A stretch of 62,435 bases of DNA, counting the filler, from Globobulimina sp. (Eukaryota), in NCBI GenBank assembly GCA_003354225.1. It is 11 parts of 11 records of this genome, joined end to end, with 100 filler letters (N's around TTAATTAATTAA, not from the genome) between each part and the next. Parts side by side here need not be neighbours in the genome. Positions count along the whole stretch, not along the records: positions 22,771 to 28,359 come from PIVH01000500.1; positions 28,460 to 34,044 come from PIVH01000501.1; positions 34,145 to 39,729 come from PIVH01000502.1; 8 more parts are not named here. One strand, written 5' to 3'. How positions within the stretch are numbered: the stretch's first letter is position 1; each line of letters begins with the position of its first letter. Positions 25,701-37,989 of the stretch are shown here, piece after piece. Under the pieces are notes generated by a model. It saw only the letters and a list, made by a program, of their open reading frames with translations. It did not search any database and had not been told where the DNA came from. The translations under genes and the position numbers were made by a program.

Positions 25701-27816
25701 CTTGAAACAGGAACATCGCCGCAAACAGGACGACTGTTCTATGTTTATTCGGGACAAAAATATAAATAAATTGTCATTTTTAAATGTGACGGCGATAAAT
25801 GTCACCAAATTAATCGAATTTATTGATGAGGATTTGGGTATAAAACATAATCAAGAAACGGATTTCGTGAATAATATTATTGAAAAGTTGCGGTTGTGTT
25901 TGAAAATCCATACAGATTTATTTGATGATAAATTTAATGACGAATATGAGGATGCAAATGTTTTATTTGATGCCGGTATTAAACATGTGATGGTGGAGCA
26001 GTATGAGGATGAAAAAAAAGAAGAGAAAAAGGAAGATATTGCTGTTTGCGGTGAATGGGTAGTACCGAATATGATGGATGTGACAGATCTGAATGTGAGA
26101 CAATTAGCATTTGCTTTGTGTTATAAATTAATCGACGATGAACACATCGAATCGGGTATGCATAAAATGTATGATGATGTTTGTAATAATTGCAATAATA
26201 TATTAAATGGGGATTATTTATGTCAATATATTTTATTTGCTGAGAAACAGTTTAATATTGATCGGATAAACGAGAATAAAATGATTAAACAGCAAATAGA
26301 GAAACAAATGAAAACACCCTGGAAATACAAAGAGAAAGTGGATGAATTGGATGTAGATGAAATATCTGCGATGGTTAAAGAGTGTTTATTGCAAATTGCA
26401 TATTATTTTAATAAAATTGAGAACATTTCTGGCAAGATTATCGATACAAATATGACTGGAAATATATTTGTTTCTAATTTGAATATTAGTCAAAATGTAT
26501 TTATTCATCGAATGATGAATTGTTTTGGCGATAAGTACAGTAAAAGTAATCTGAAATTCATTCAAAATATTTATAATGATTTAAAAATGTCGGATCTAAC
26601 TCCAAATATTAGCATAGATGATATAAATAGTTATAATGCTGTGCAATTAGCAAATTATTTAAAAAGTTATGAAATGGTAAAAATACAATGTATGATTACG
26701 GAATGTAATATTGATGGAATAAGATTTACTAAATATAAAAGACACGAATTTGCTGCCGATATTAAACAAAATTGTGGCGTACCAATTGGAATTGCAACAA
26801 TGTTGCATAAAAAAATGAAAACATTTAAATTTATTAAGCCGATAATGCGAGAAAACAGTAACGAAAATAATAGAAATCCATTAAAAGGTAATCCAAACAT
26901 TGAATTTATTTCGTTGATTACAAAAACATTAAATATTAATGATAAGCGGCTATGTACTGAGATATGGAATAATTTGTTAGAAAAATATGATGACAAAGAA
27001 TTGGAAAAAATGAACGAAAAAGATGCGATGAGATATATTTATGGATATAAAATGAATGCATTTTATTTTGAGATTTTATCAAATTTATCCAACGAGAATA
27101 CAGATGAGAAATATACAAAGATTGAAAGATTAATGACAAAGTTTAAATGGTTGGGAGTGAATTATAAATATTTTGAAGATAGTTTTATAAAACATATTGG
27201 TGGATATTTTAAATCGCAACTTTTGTTAATTATTATTTATGAAAAAAAATATAATTTGTTAACTGCAGATGCTGTCAAATTTTTGTTAAAATTGGATTGT
27301 TTTGATATTACATTGCATAAATTGTACAATATTAAGGATAATGAGATTGATCGTATTATGTCTTTACATAAAAAAGGATATAATAAAAAAATGGTAAATG
27401 GCCTAATTCAACAAATTAAAGTATTTATTAAAAAGGAAAAAAGATTGCAACAAAAAACAAATGTTGCATCGTGGACATGCGATGACATCGGATTGTATTT
27501 AATAAAAAAGTTATGCGATCAAATGCAATTAATTCAAGATAATAAGGGTAAGCCACATAAATTATGTGTATTGGAGGTGTTATTTTGTATTAAATATTTA
27601 TCAATTTTTATTGAAGAAATTGTAAAGAATTCATCAAATAATATGAGAGAATTAATTAATAGAAAAGCAAAGAATCAATTATTATATGAAACTAATGAGG
27701 ATATTCCACAAATTGCAACGAATATTTTTGTGTCTTGGATTAAAGCAAAGGTTCCCAATAAATCAAATAAATCAAATACTCAAAATAAAGGATTTTTTAG
27801 TAAAATATTTTCATAG
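22771..27816 (+). CDS. Large hypothetical protein with ~180-aa internal repeats (5'-truncated)
   Basis: Intronless frame open from the contig start; recurring F..W(L/I)....Y motif. Confidence 0.75.
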   Translation, partial: NKQQNKQQQPQQYETERPQQDYKENWYYLENMNNWTPFNRFISLMLCYRYNERIKTKFALFSSYQNRANMRYLFNFDFSNNNNEIFEPINKLICYGHLLDNFIVKCDIPSNDIINEEIELLYLLNANNYKVNTESAINNHLKLLPHPSNPFLFGTFIGELIYNFNWMLNQEIKLKNFIIKNNINSIKLKQKYLKNKKLFKQIMKDNCGFFLGVTHLLFLYLNELLNNNIMIKSSNDIYQAISQKFIKHLKYKKIVQIQSIFVKNKIDSTAFYNLYLENNNFHSDQLLAHFLKNILSLKASQIQQLMPFIKSAFQINPKQTEQSTNIKKAIPTIINQKKKKKNNKPLASITTSFNIWLGRNILYNKQQLIKQQNDVKIYIERNNLGSTPLKKMGKKEFVKELHLKCQLPIGPLNLLYDNLPIDVQDEYDYDAATDQMIIIEFISNYLYQLRFNNIERIRNRCLAANINEETFIEILKDNDKLFAFLNNKIKIKNKYKINKLIPKIQRYAHNLYPDINIINEKQTKTQNTTNTFGTWLSQICYERRTLTKQQEIIELYIKNNKNNIDSIYDLNEWDLRMLSRELSIDATVFMDKLYISHKIKKENLTSKEKLIKMMKKILYDLRVENINIILFKCKYNMDGIDDDYFLNDIVINDVKLHKFLLYNIGFEPVAEIPTLIENIRKYLKELNIIKYNTDEKDEEKDIGSQTIYGNKIGRWIGEVIHDRLSFLNIAKTIHAFIISNHWNSGILPHIGTLLFVNKLKTHLLANNCAENMYNSDKLLSAIWVRLQSVYVNNANAFHATHYEVAAVVFEFIREIRRANIYQIGVQCSNDMQCIDAKTFYTKIGSNKNILRKFINKILTRTNQQILGVRKELIIEKIYFFLSVDILDNNILFEHWLSNLIYDPVTLWLNTVQINNFLVQQKMNAIRAQTWGEYNFIKKAAKQCNNLNAKQLLQLFNMSLNAMDTGNAKDIVQLISQDLKQEHRRKQDDCSMFIRDKNINKLSFLNVTAINVTKLIEFIDEDLGIKHNQETDFVNNIIEKLRLCLKIHTDLFDDKFNDEYEDANVLFDAGIKHVMVEQYEDEKKEEKKEDIAVCGEWVVPNMMDVTDLNVRQLAFALCYKLIDDEHIESGMHKMYDDVCNNCNNILNGDYLCQYILFAEKQFNIDRINENKMIKQQIEKQMKTPWKYKEKVDELDVDEISAMVKECLLQIAYYFNKIENISGKIIDTNMTGNIFVSNLNISQNVFIHRMMNCFGDKYSKSNLKFIQNIYNDLKMSDLTPNISIDDINSYNAVQLANYLKSYEMVKIQCMITECNIDGIRFTKYKRHEFAADIKQNCGVPIGIATMLHKKMKTFKFIKPIMRENSNENNRNPLKGNPNIEFISLITKTLNINDKRLCTEIWNNLLEKYDDKELEKMNEKDAMRYIYGYKMNAFYFEILSNLSNENTDEKYTKIERLMTKFKWLGVNYKYFEDSFIKHIGGYFKSQLLLIIIYEKKYNLLTADAVKFLLKLDCFDITLHKLYNIKDNEIDRIMSLHKKGYNKKMVNGLIQQIKVFIKKEKRLQQKTNVASWTCDDIGLYLIKKLCDQMQLIQDNKGKPHKLCVLEVLFCIKYLSIFIEEIVKNSSNNMRELINRKAKNQLLYETNEDIPQIATNIFVSWIKAKVPNKSNKSNTQNKGFFSKIFS

Positions 27817-28459
27817 CAATGATTATGTTTAATTGATGACAGTTGTATATTGTTTGTACAATGAAAAGAAAATCCTGTTTTCAGCGTCGGACCTTTGTCA
27901 GTCACCAGGAACGGTTTGTTTGCTGCTGCTACATTACCTCAATAAAAGGTTATTACAAACACAGAATAAATCCAAGACAAACCTATAGTAAACTGTTTCT
28001 GGATTTGCAAACCGTTTTAGTATAATTGAATAAAATGTAAACAAAATTCAATATAGATTCTAAATGTGTCTAACGACCCAATTACTTTGAACATTTTTTT
28101 GTTAAAATTACGCAGCTGTATTGCAGCTTGCAGTGACATCGCAGATTAAGCGGAATTATGATTAAGCGGAATTATGAATTCTTTTGTACATAAATCTATC
28201 CTCAATTAACAGCATGCTATCAGAAGGAAATACTAAGCGTCGATCGCGATACAATGGCTTTATCAAACGGCTTCATTTTGTTTGCTTGTCAACAAAGGAC
28301 AACTTAACAAAGATAGTACCCACTTGGTTGTTGAAGCTGTTATTGATATTTTATTTAATNNNNNNNNNNNNNNNNNNNNNNNNNNNNNNNNNNNNNNNNN
28401 NNNTTAATTAATTAANNNNNNNNNNNNNNNNNNNNNNNNNNNNNNNNNNNNNNNNNNNN

Positions 28460-29250
28460 AATTCAATTCAATCGTTTATTCAGGCATTTGGTACAATGCA
28501 TGGAACTAGATACATTATACATAAGAGTGGTGCAGTATGTGTGTATGTTTAGTGTAGAACTAGGTAGGAGTGGGAATGTCGAGGAACATCGAGGATCTTA
28601 CTTAGAAAAGAAACATCAGTGTATCTGATGGTAGAACTGTGCGAAGCCTTCATGAATAAATTTGGCAGTCTTTAACATAAGAGCACTGCTTTTAGAATTA
28701 AGCAACGATTCAAACTTATACATGTTCGGTCTTCTGTGATAATATTTAGGAATACATTTTTCTCGCAATGTTTGTAAAGCTGTACACTCAAGAAGAAAAT
28801 GGAACTCATCTCCTAATTTGTTTTCATTACACAGGTCACAATGACGAGTATGCCTTGGCAAATTAGTGTACCTACCCCTTTCTACGGGGAGTCTGTGATT
28901 GATCGTACGAAACTTACAGAGTGCTCGCCTGTATTTACATGGCAATTTTAACAAGTACGGCTCCAACTCGAGGTCAGTTTTAAACACCCGATAGTTGGTA
29001 CATTTACTTGTGTTATATACCGTACTTCTCCATTTCTGTATGAATTGGTCCTTAAGTTTCAGCCCAATTGACTGTTTTATCCATGCCTGAGCCTCAAAAT
29101 CTTGATAATTCCATATGTTACTCATCCCAACGTCATCAAAGATACTCCGTCACGTGCATGACCCATGGTAAATCAGATGGCATCATGAGTTTGTAACATA
29201 GACAACTATATTTATCCTGCTTACCATGTACCAGTCGCAGAAGAAATGCT
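28460..29250 (-). mobile_element. 5'-truncated non-LTR retrotransposon (LINE) 3' end
   Basis: KFRTINHRLPVERGRY...CDLC...DEFHFLLEC, typical of a LINE ORF2 C-terminus. 1-nt frameshift near 29150. AATAAA followed by a (TTGAA)n tail at the contig edge. Confidence 0.85.
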
Positions 29251-30702
29251 ATCATTCTTTGCTGTATAATTGCATAGACCTCATTGTTTAAAAAGCGTAT
29301 GGTCCCAGTTATAGTGCCATTGTCCGCGATAATGTTATGAGCTTCACCCACATCGCAGGTACCAATGGTAACGACACCCGATTGACAGGCAGATAAATTG
29401 CGTGATATAATGCTATGCAATGCAATATTCAATAAAGTGACAGCTAACACTGTGTCCGATGTATTTAATGGTTCTGCGCCATGTCCACCAATGCCATGCA
29501 CCACAATCTTAAAAGACTGCGCCCCGGCCATTAACGAGCCCGCTTTCAATATAATTTTGCCCAATTTGCAATAGGACCATACATGCAATCCATAGATCTC
29601 ATCAATGGACGGACAATTTAATTCTTTATCCGCCTGCAACACATTACTGTCATTAATCATATATTTTGCACCAGCACCACCTTCCTCACCCGGCTGGAAT
29701 ATAAATTTAATAATACCGTTGATGCGCTTTACATATTTTGGCTGTGATAGTATGCGTGCTACGGTGAGCAAGATGGCCATATGGCAATCATGTCCGCAGG
29801 CATGCATCACCCCCTTCTTCTGCGATTTATAGGCAATATTTATATTTTCTTCCTGGATGGGCAATGCGTCCATGTCGGCGCGCAAAGCAATGCATTTCGA
29901 TTTGGTATCGTTCGATATATTGCCACCATGTAACACCCCGACTACGCCGGTTTTACTTTTATCGCCAACGCCCGATTTGGTGGCCAACCCTAACGACTCG
30001 CAATAGTTTAGAATGTTTTTACTTGTTTCGTGTTCTTCAAATGATAATTCTGGATTTGCATGAAAATATCTTCGCAATTTAATTAAGTCGTTCTTTGTAT
30101 TGAATACATCTATTAATTATATTTATATTTATATTTATGGGATGGACAAATGTCAAATGACGCAAAAACGCAATACCTTGCGTGATGTTTATGGGATATG
30201 ACGTATGAAAATATTCCTCAATCTTTTGTTGAACATTCATTGGAGGTTTCTCGATCTCATAGTTACTTACAATAATCTCTTCTTCCTTCATTACTTCCTT
30301 TATCTCTTCTTTTATCACTTCCTTTGCCTCTTCTTTTATCTCTTCTTGTTTTGCTATTTCATGATCTGATGTGGTGGCAATTGCTTCAATTTTTGATTCA
30401 ATTTCCAATGTATCGGGTGGTAACGTGTCGGTTTGTGGTGTATTTGATTGTGATGCATTCGATTCGGATGCAGTAGATTGTGGTGCATTAGATTGTGCAG
30501 TGTTCGATGGCTCTGTTTGTGGTTGTTTTGATTCTATTGTTTCTTTGTTTTGTGGTGAACCATGGATATTAATTGGACCATTCGCTATATTTTGTTGTGT
30601 TGTGTCTTGTTTTGCGTCTTCACTGTCTTGTGGTATTGACGCTGTCTGTGACTGTGGGATTAACGGTTCTTGTTGTTGATGAGTTGACGCTTCGCTGCCC
30701 AT
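29251..30702 (-). pseudogene. M20D amidohydrolase with acidic N-terminal extension, truncated by the LINE
   Basis: HANPELSFEE, ALRADMDALP, MHACGHDCH, FQPGEEG, GGHGA. Intron 30176-30110 joins the MGSEAS exon in frame. C-terminal third replaced by LINE sequence. Confidence 0.8.
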
Positions 30703-30907
30703 TCTTAAACACACACAAAACTAGAGCTTTTTATAATTTTTATATAATACTAACTGCAACAAAGTTTATAGTTGTGATAGCGCTGAATCCATCAATCCAA
30801 GATAACGTTTAGTTATCTTGCTGAATCAGTTTAAATTAAGGATAAAAATTTGTGTTGAGAAGTGCAACAATGTAATAGTGTAAGTGTAACAGTGTAATAG
30901 TAACCCT

Positions 30908-31925
30908 TTAACTAATACGACGTCTTTGAGCATTTTGGCTTTGTTTATCACTAAATCCGTTTATTCCGTTATTATTATCATGCATTTCCCGAAAGGAACG
31001 CTTTCGTTTATTTTTTAAACATATATGCTCATTTAACTCCTTGTCAGTTTCAAATACTTTATAACAATCAACACATTCATTTACAGTTTCTTTGGCCATC
31101 GGTGTTGATGTTTCCTTTGCATTAAATCTATTTAAATTTGGTAATGTTAATACTCCATCGTCTGTAGTCTCTGTATGGTTCGACTTTGACCGATATCTCC
31201 ATTTAATAGCTACTTTATTTAAATCATTGTGTTTTTTTAAATCATCCATTATTTGTTGATATTCTTTTTTTTCATTCTCTCCTTTTTTTTGCCATTTTAT
31301 TTTATCAGATTTATTTAATGAATTCCATGATTTTGTATTTAATTTTGTTATTTGTTTTGAATTCAAATTATTTAATGAGGGACTCTTTTTTTTTAATTGC
31401 TGATTTTTGAATATATTATACAACATCCACGCTGTTTGCGGTCTGCGTATTTTATTTTCAATTCTTTCTTCATTAAATTCAATTGCATCATTATTTTCAT
31501 GGTCGTTTGCATCCAAAAAGCCATTGTCTGGATTAGTTGATTTACATTCTTTGCTTGTCCCAGTTTTTCGAAAGTGATTATATTGATTACATGAACAAGA
31601 ATGACTGCATCGATGGCGATAATTTTGCGTGCTACTTTTCTTACATTTTATTATTTCTTTCTTATTTCTTTCATTTGTACAACAATGAAAACATATAAAT
31701 GACTGTTATTTATAATGAACAATACTGTTAAAGGTCAATGCACGATACACAACACAGAATACATACACATCGCTGTATTGCCTTTTTGCCTTTTTTTGTT
31801 ATTTTAGTCTGAGATTGAACCCAAAATGAGACTAATACATCCATTTGTACTTGAAACCCAATGCTCTTTAAAAATCGTTGAAATCTGTCCAATTGAGACT
31901 GTATGTAGTGACCCACCTGGCTCAT
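30908..31925 (-). CDS. HMG-box protein with C2H2-like zinc finger (spliced; start inferred)
   Basis: RRPQTAWMLY...WNSLNKSDKIKW (HMG box) and CVDC...LNEH. The frame extends to an AG acceptor near 31703. Confidence 0.65.
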
Positions 31926-32377
31926 ACTGAGATTCACAGAGTACAAAAGTAGACAAAAAGTATGATGCTAGGGCAAACACTTTGCGAATTTGCGTCCAAA
32001 ATTTCAAAATCTTTTTGTGATGATTTTCACAAATCAAAAATATGTTATCCTTGCGCTTGTTTATGATATTTTTTTCAATAACTGAACTTTTTCAATAAAA
32101 AAAGTGATCTATTTATTCAGAAAAAAAATACAAATTGTTGAAAAGTTCACGTGCTTTATTAAAAACAGCTCAAATAAATCTTCGACTGTTTGTGATTATA
32201 ATTTTTATCCAACATCATCCTTCGACAAAAAGATTTATTTAAGCTTTTTTATAAATTTAAACGATATATTTCAAAAGATAACCTCCCCCCTGGTTCAGTT
32301 ATATTTTTGCTGTTTTCTAACGGAAAAAACTGATAAAGAAAGATTTTCACTGGAGCTGTTGCGACTGTGTTTCCACC

Positions 32378-34044
32378 ATGGAAGAGAGATTGAAAGTGGT
32401 TGGTACAGCCTACAGGAATTGTTTTGGTATATTACCAACATCTATTCGGGATAAAATAATCTCATCAGCAACTTCAACCTCATTGTCAGGTTCAATTGTA
32501 GTTAAATTAAAATGGTCATCACCCGTTGAGAAAATATCATTTATTGGTTGTCGTGGTGATAAAACATGTGAAGAGGGATATATTCAAATTCCAATTAATT
32601 TATTGCAATGTATTAATTTATCTGAAAATATACTCGTCACTGTCACTTTTGTATCAGCCACAACATCATATTCGACAACGCAATTATACGAAACCATATC
32701 TTTGAAACCTTCCAGTTACGAGGACTGGGAAATAATACAATATAATTCGCAATACGTTGCAGATAACCTATTGAGGCAAATAGATATCATCAATGACAAG
32801 GATAGCTTTCCAATTTACATCGGCGATATTAAAGTTCATTTACAATCAAATATGAACTTTCGATGGGGGTTCCTCAAATTAGGAAATGACACCACCATCG
32901 ATATTATGCCACTAAAACGGTCGGCCAAAAAAAATAAAAAAATAACAACAAACGTTTTTGATGATAGTGATGATATTAATAGTGTTCAATCAAAAGATGG
33001 TATGACTTGTTTTTTTAATTTATTAATATTTTATTTTGCTTTTGCTTTTGCTTTATGATGACACAGCAGATGATGCAGAGGACAAAGAACAGGAAATAGA
33101 ACACGAATTGTGTCGTATTTTTAGGATTGGATCATTCAATAAATATGTCAATGATATCTTGCCAATACCACCAAATAATGTTGTCATAGCACCCAATGAT
33201 GAATTCTATGATGGCGATAATGTCATTGTCACATTTCGTAATAATAAATCACCAGAAACACCAGAATCCAAAGAAGCGCAAGAATCGCAGGGATATACTC
33301 GAATTTTGATGAGATTGATAAGTTGTGATTATATTGAAAATAATGAGATTGTGCTGCTATCACAATATGATATTAATTGTTATGGGATATCAACTGGCGA
33401 TTTTTGTGTGATTGAATCAATGAAATTAAATGAAAATTATAAACATATTTCACTAGTTTCGCCCTTAAACGAGTTAGAATTTATTACAATACATTTACAA
33501 CAAATATTAATTGTTTCATCAAACATAATCACTTCTGCTTCAGCCTCGAATCAGTTCAATGAATTTAACAATTTATATTTAGATAATACATTTAAACTGA
33601 ATTTAATTCAATATTTAAAACAAAATAAATATAATGATAATATATGCAATAACTCCATTATAACTTATAATGATTTATATTTTCATGTTAATTTAACAAC
33701 AAATGGATCCCAACTTAAATTACAATTGGATGATAATGAAATATTATACTTGATTGCTGTGGAGAATATAAGTGATAATTATATAAATATAATGGATAAC
33801 ATCAAACATTTTGCAATAATAAATCATAATTTATTACCCCCCGTCGATAACGAATTAATACAACTGATCAGTTCACATATTATGAATTGCAATGACAATA
33901 ATCATGTAATAATGTATGGCAATGATGCACGGATTCGACTGCAATATGTGGATGAAATAATGAATAAAGTCAATGCAAATTGCAATTATCCGATTTCATT
34001 TATTAAGATTGATTGTAATTTATATATAAATTCGCGAATTGCAG
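32378..34044 (+). CDS. PEX1: Peroxin-1 AAA ATPase, N-terminal part
   Basis: LKPSSYEDWEIIQYN...NLLRQI matches the PEX1-N domain; intron starting near 33000; truncated at the contig end. Confidence 0.7.
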
Positions 34045-34215
34045 NNNNNNNNNNNNNNNNNNNNNNNNNNNNNNNNNNNNNNNNNNNNTTAATTAATTAA
34101 NNNNNNNNNNNNNNNNNNNNNNNNNNNNNNNNNNNNNNNNNNNNTGTATTAATAGGAATTGTGAATTTTAATTTAATTTTTTAAACTTTTAAGTAATAAA
34201 TTTTACTTTAATCAG

Positions 34216-35255
34216 ATGGAAATTTTAATTTATCAAATATATTAAAATTATATTCCCCTTCAAATTCCTCAAAAATAAAAACTATAATCACAAAAAATGA
34301 TAAATTTGCTGTCAAAGTTGAATTAATTCTATTTTTCAGTGGATATGTTTCTGATGAATTTAGTATTTATGATCTTTATTATAAAATATTTAAATATTTA
34401 AATCCGCAAATTAAAAATATTGATCATTTAACAGTTTCGAAAGAATTAAAATCATTATTTGTAAATAAATGGAATGCTGTTAATATCAATAAATATATTA
34501 TTTCATTTATCAAACAAATATCAGACAGTTTAAGCTTATTAATGCCAACTGATCAATGTCAATCTTTATTGTTTCGCACAATTCGAATCTTTTGTGCTTA
34601 TAAAATATTTGATTTAACAAAGTTTTCTGAATTATTAGTCCCATTGGTTAAAAATGACAGAATTTCACCAACAACTTTATTTTCATGGATTAATAAAGGA
34701 ATTAAACATGTTTTTGATAGAAATAATTCGTATTATATGACATTTTCAGCCAATTTTATGCAATCTCAATTAACAATGAATACAAATTCATCCTTAGATC
34801 AAATATTATCGGCCACATTTTTAAATTATGACCAATCTGAATTTCATGACAAATCAAATAATGTATTACAAGTATTAAAAGATGCGCTAATTTCGGATAA
34901 TTTAAAAACAGTCACTGATAAACCTCGCCATTTCCCAAATAATTTCAATAAACAACATAAAAAGCCATGGAATAATTATAATAATAAGAATTCTGCCAAT
35001 AATAAACCAATAATTAAAGATAAATCAAATGAGACTCCCGAAGAAAAGAAAAATCGTAATTTAAATCCATATGCGGCAGAAAAAGTAATTCAGAATTTTT
35101 TGGCGAAAACAGGCACTTCGTTTTCGTTAAAAAGTAAATATTGTTGCTTTTATAATGCATATAATTACTGTCGATTAGGCGATAAATGTCGAAGAGCACA
35201 TATTTGCGTATTAGATGATAAAAAGCATCCATTATTGAATTGTGATAAAATTTAA
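34216..35255 (+). CDS. Gag-like ORF with C-terminal Cys/His zinc finger
   Basis: CCFYN...C....C...HIC......H....C. The frame is open upstream of ATG 34542 back to an AG acceptor at 34214-34215. Confidence 0.7.
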
Positions 35256-35561
35256 TGAATTATATTATTTGTATGAATATTCACTAATATTTAGTTATCA
35301 TTTTTTAATATTTGAATTACATTCGTATTATCTATTAATGTACAGATTATTTTAAAGAATTATATATAAATATTAATATCTATTCAATTTTAATAAATTT
35401 TGTTAATTTTCCAACATTTTTCCAACATTTAAATTCTGTTTATTTAAATTTAAATTTTTTAAACTTTTTATTGATGTAATTTATTATTATTTAATTTACA
35501 TTTGTTTGTTGTAAACATTATACCTTTAACCATTAATATCTTTTGTTCACACTTTGTCCAG

Positions 35562-37366
35562 TAATCGACCCCGAGATCTCTAAAAAAGTAAAAAATTTAC
35601 AAACATTACACGCCGAAGGTTATAAAAACAAACATCATTTCAATATAAATGCTTTTAGAAAATATTTAAAAAGTAAACAAAATGGAAAATTAGAAATCCA
35701 TTTTATTGAAAATGGGTTTCCTTTATGGAAATCCTTTCATAACAAAGGCTGGGAACCTTCAAATCTTTCAACTAAAATTAATAACTTAGTGTGCTCAAAA
35801 AGTGATATTATTGCGTTTATTGACAAATTATCTGAGGAGTGTCAACAAGGACAAATTGAGCCTATTAATTACGATCCAAAATATGTTTTAATGATATTTG
35901 GAACGCCAAAAAAAGATAAATTTGGTTTGTATACTAAAACGAGAGTCATTCGTAACGGCTCATTCCACGCAAAAGGAAAAACAGCAATAAATCAATGGAT
36001 TCGCAAAGAAAAATGTAATATGCGAAACCTCCCTAATTTGAAAACGTATACAAAATTACTAATAAACAATGAATATATGTCCTTAAGAGACTTAGCTGAT
36101 TTTTTCAGACAATTAAAATTGCCCGAAAGTGACGCAGATTTTGTTGGTTACTCCATTTTTGGCCTCCGGTTTAGGGATCGGAGCCAACCATATGGCGTTT
36201 CTTCAGCACCCGGCAATTCTCAGTATTTCTCAATCATTTTAGTATGGATCCTTAATAATTGTATATTAAATAATAAACAGCAACATTTAATTAATTCAGT
36301 CCTCGTTCATATCGATGACTTTGTGATTGCAGCTAAAACAAAATCTGATTGCAATCTATTAACAAATCTGTTTGATAATTTATTACGCGAATTGAAAGTA
36401 AAAGTATCGGAGCATAAATCTGTAAACAATGTAAGAAAAGGCATAATTTATGGCATTTATTGGAATTTAGCAAATAAAACATTAAAAATACCTGATTTGG
36501 CTTTAAAACAATTAAAATATTTCATATCATTAGTCATAAAATATAGAATCGCCACCGGCAGAGCCTTAGAATCGTTAACTGGCAAAATAATGCATTGGAG
36601 CCAGTTAAACAAAGCCACAAAAGCCTTAGCATATAGATCGTTGGCCTATATTCATAAAAATATTCGAAATGGCAGAATATCAAAATCAGAATGCATAATT
36701 TTACCAATTTCAGTGATTAATGACTTGCGTTTCTGGTTAAAATGGATTGATAATATTAAAATTGTGTCAATGTATACAATTTTAAACAATCCGTCAATTA
36801 ATGTATTTGCAGCAACTGACGCCTGCGAAATTGGTGCAGGATATGTTATGAATTCCATATTTGCAAAATATAAATTCAATAAAAATGATTTAAATTTATC
36901 TATAAATCAAAAGGAAGCACATTGTGTCCTTACACTTATTGAGACACATAAACACTTTTTAACTGGCAAATCATTAAAATTGTATATCGATAATGCATCC
37001 TGTTATTATTCAATGGTTAGGAAATGGTCTTCGTCCTATAATATGATGATATTTGTGTATGAATTATGTTTATTGATGATAAAATATAAAATTTATGTTC
37101 ATTTTGTATGGCTACCATCGGCTTTTAATTTCTTACCAGATCGTCTATCACGCGCTAAAATGTCTGAATTTTATGAATTGTGTAATACTTTCAATTTAAA
37201 ATTAGCCGAAATTAAACCAGATTATTTTGGTAGATATCAATTTGCAAATAACCCATTAATGAATTATGAAAACGATATGAATGAATATGTAAAGTTCATT
37301 GAATGGTTAAAACAACCCTTAAATATCAGAGCAATATCACCTTATAAATGTTATATGAAAATATAA
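35562..37366 (+). CDS. Reverse transcriptase-RNase H of DIRS type
   Basis: DLADFFRQL, QPYGVSSAP, HIDDF; RNase H motifs ATDAC, INQKE, IDN, N..PDRLSR. Confidence 0.92.
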
Positions 37367-37989
37367 TAACTGTCCATTTTAAGCATTCCCTAAAATGCTT
37401 TTTGTTTTTTATATTTTCGGTTTTGAGTCATAAAACTCATTAAATTTGATCTATTTTGTAATAAAATGTCTTATTTGCATCAATCTATGGTTAATTTCTT
37501 GAATTCGTGAATAATTTCTTAATTTAATCAGTCCATTATAATGTAAATGATTATACCAATATTACTCAATTTAACTTTTGTTATATATATAAAATGTATT
37601 ATTTATGTTCTATAAATTCAATTGTCATATTTACAAATTCTGAATTTAAAATGTTATATTGGCCTCCTCAGACCGTTCTGAATTCTCTCTAATTTGAATT
37701 AAGAGCGAATCTCTTTCTGTTTCTATGCTCATGTCACGCTCCCCTGATTCAGGGAAGCGAAGTGACTAAAACGTACTGAGCTAAATTTAAATTTTAAAAA
37801 AACTTCGAAACTGTAACGAAACCCGTTAAGCTTTAAACAATTACATTTAATTTTGTCTCTTGTTAATCGTTCTGGGCATTACTTTTTATCATTTTTGTCT
37901 TTCTCTTTTTATTTGTATTTTTTCAAACAATCAAATTCTTTTACAAACATTCAAATTTTAATTTTGTATAAAATCTTTATATTGTTTAG

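Noticed and set aside
27871-27910. Hammerhead-ribozyme-like motif on the minus strand (ctgacaaaggtccgacgctgaaaac)
   Set aside because: The core reads CUGACAA rather than CUGANGA and the stems do not close properly; at best a decayed remnant.
28144-28175. 16-bp tandem duplication gattaagcggaattat
   Set aside because: Two adjacent copies only, with no associated structure.
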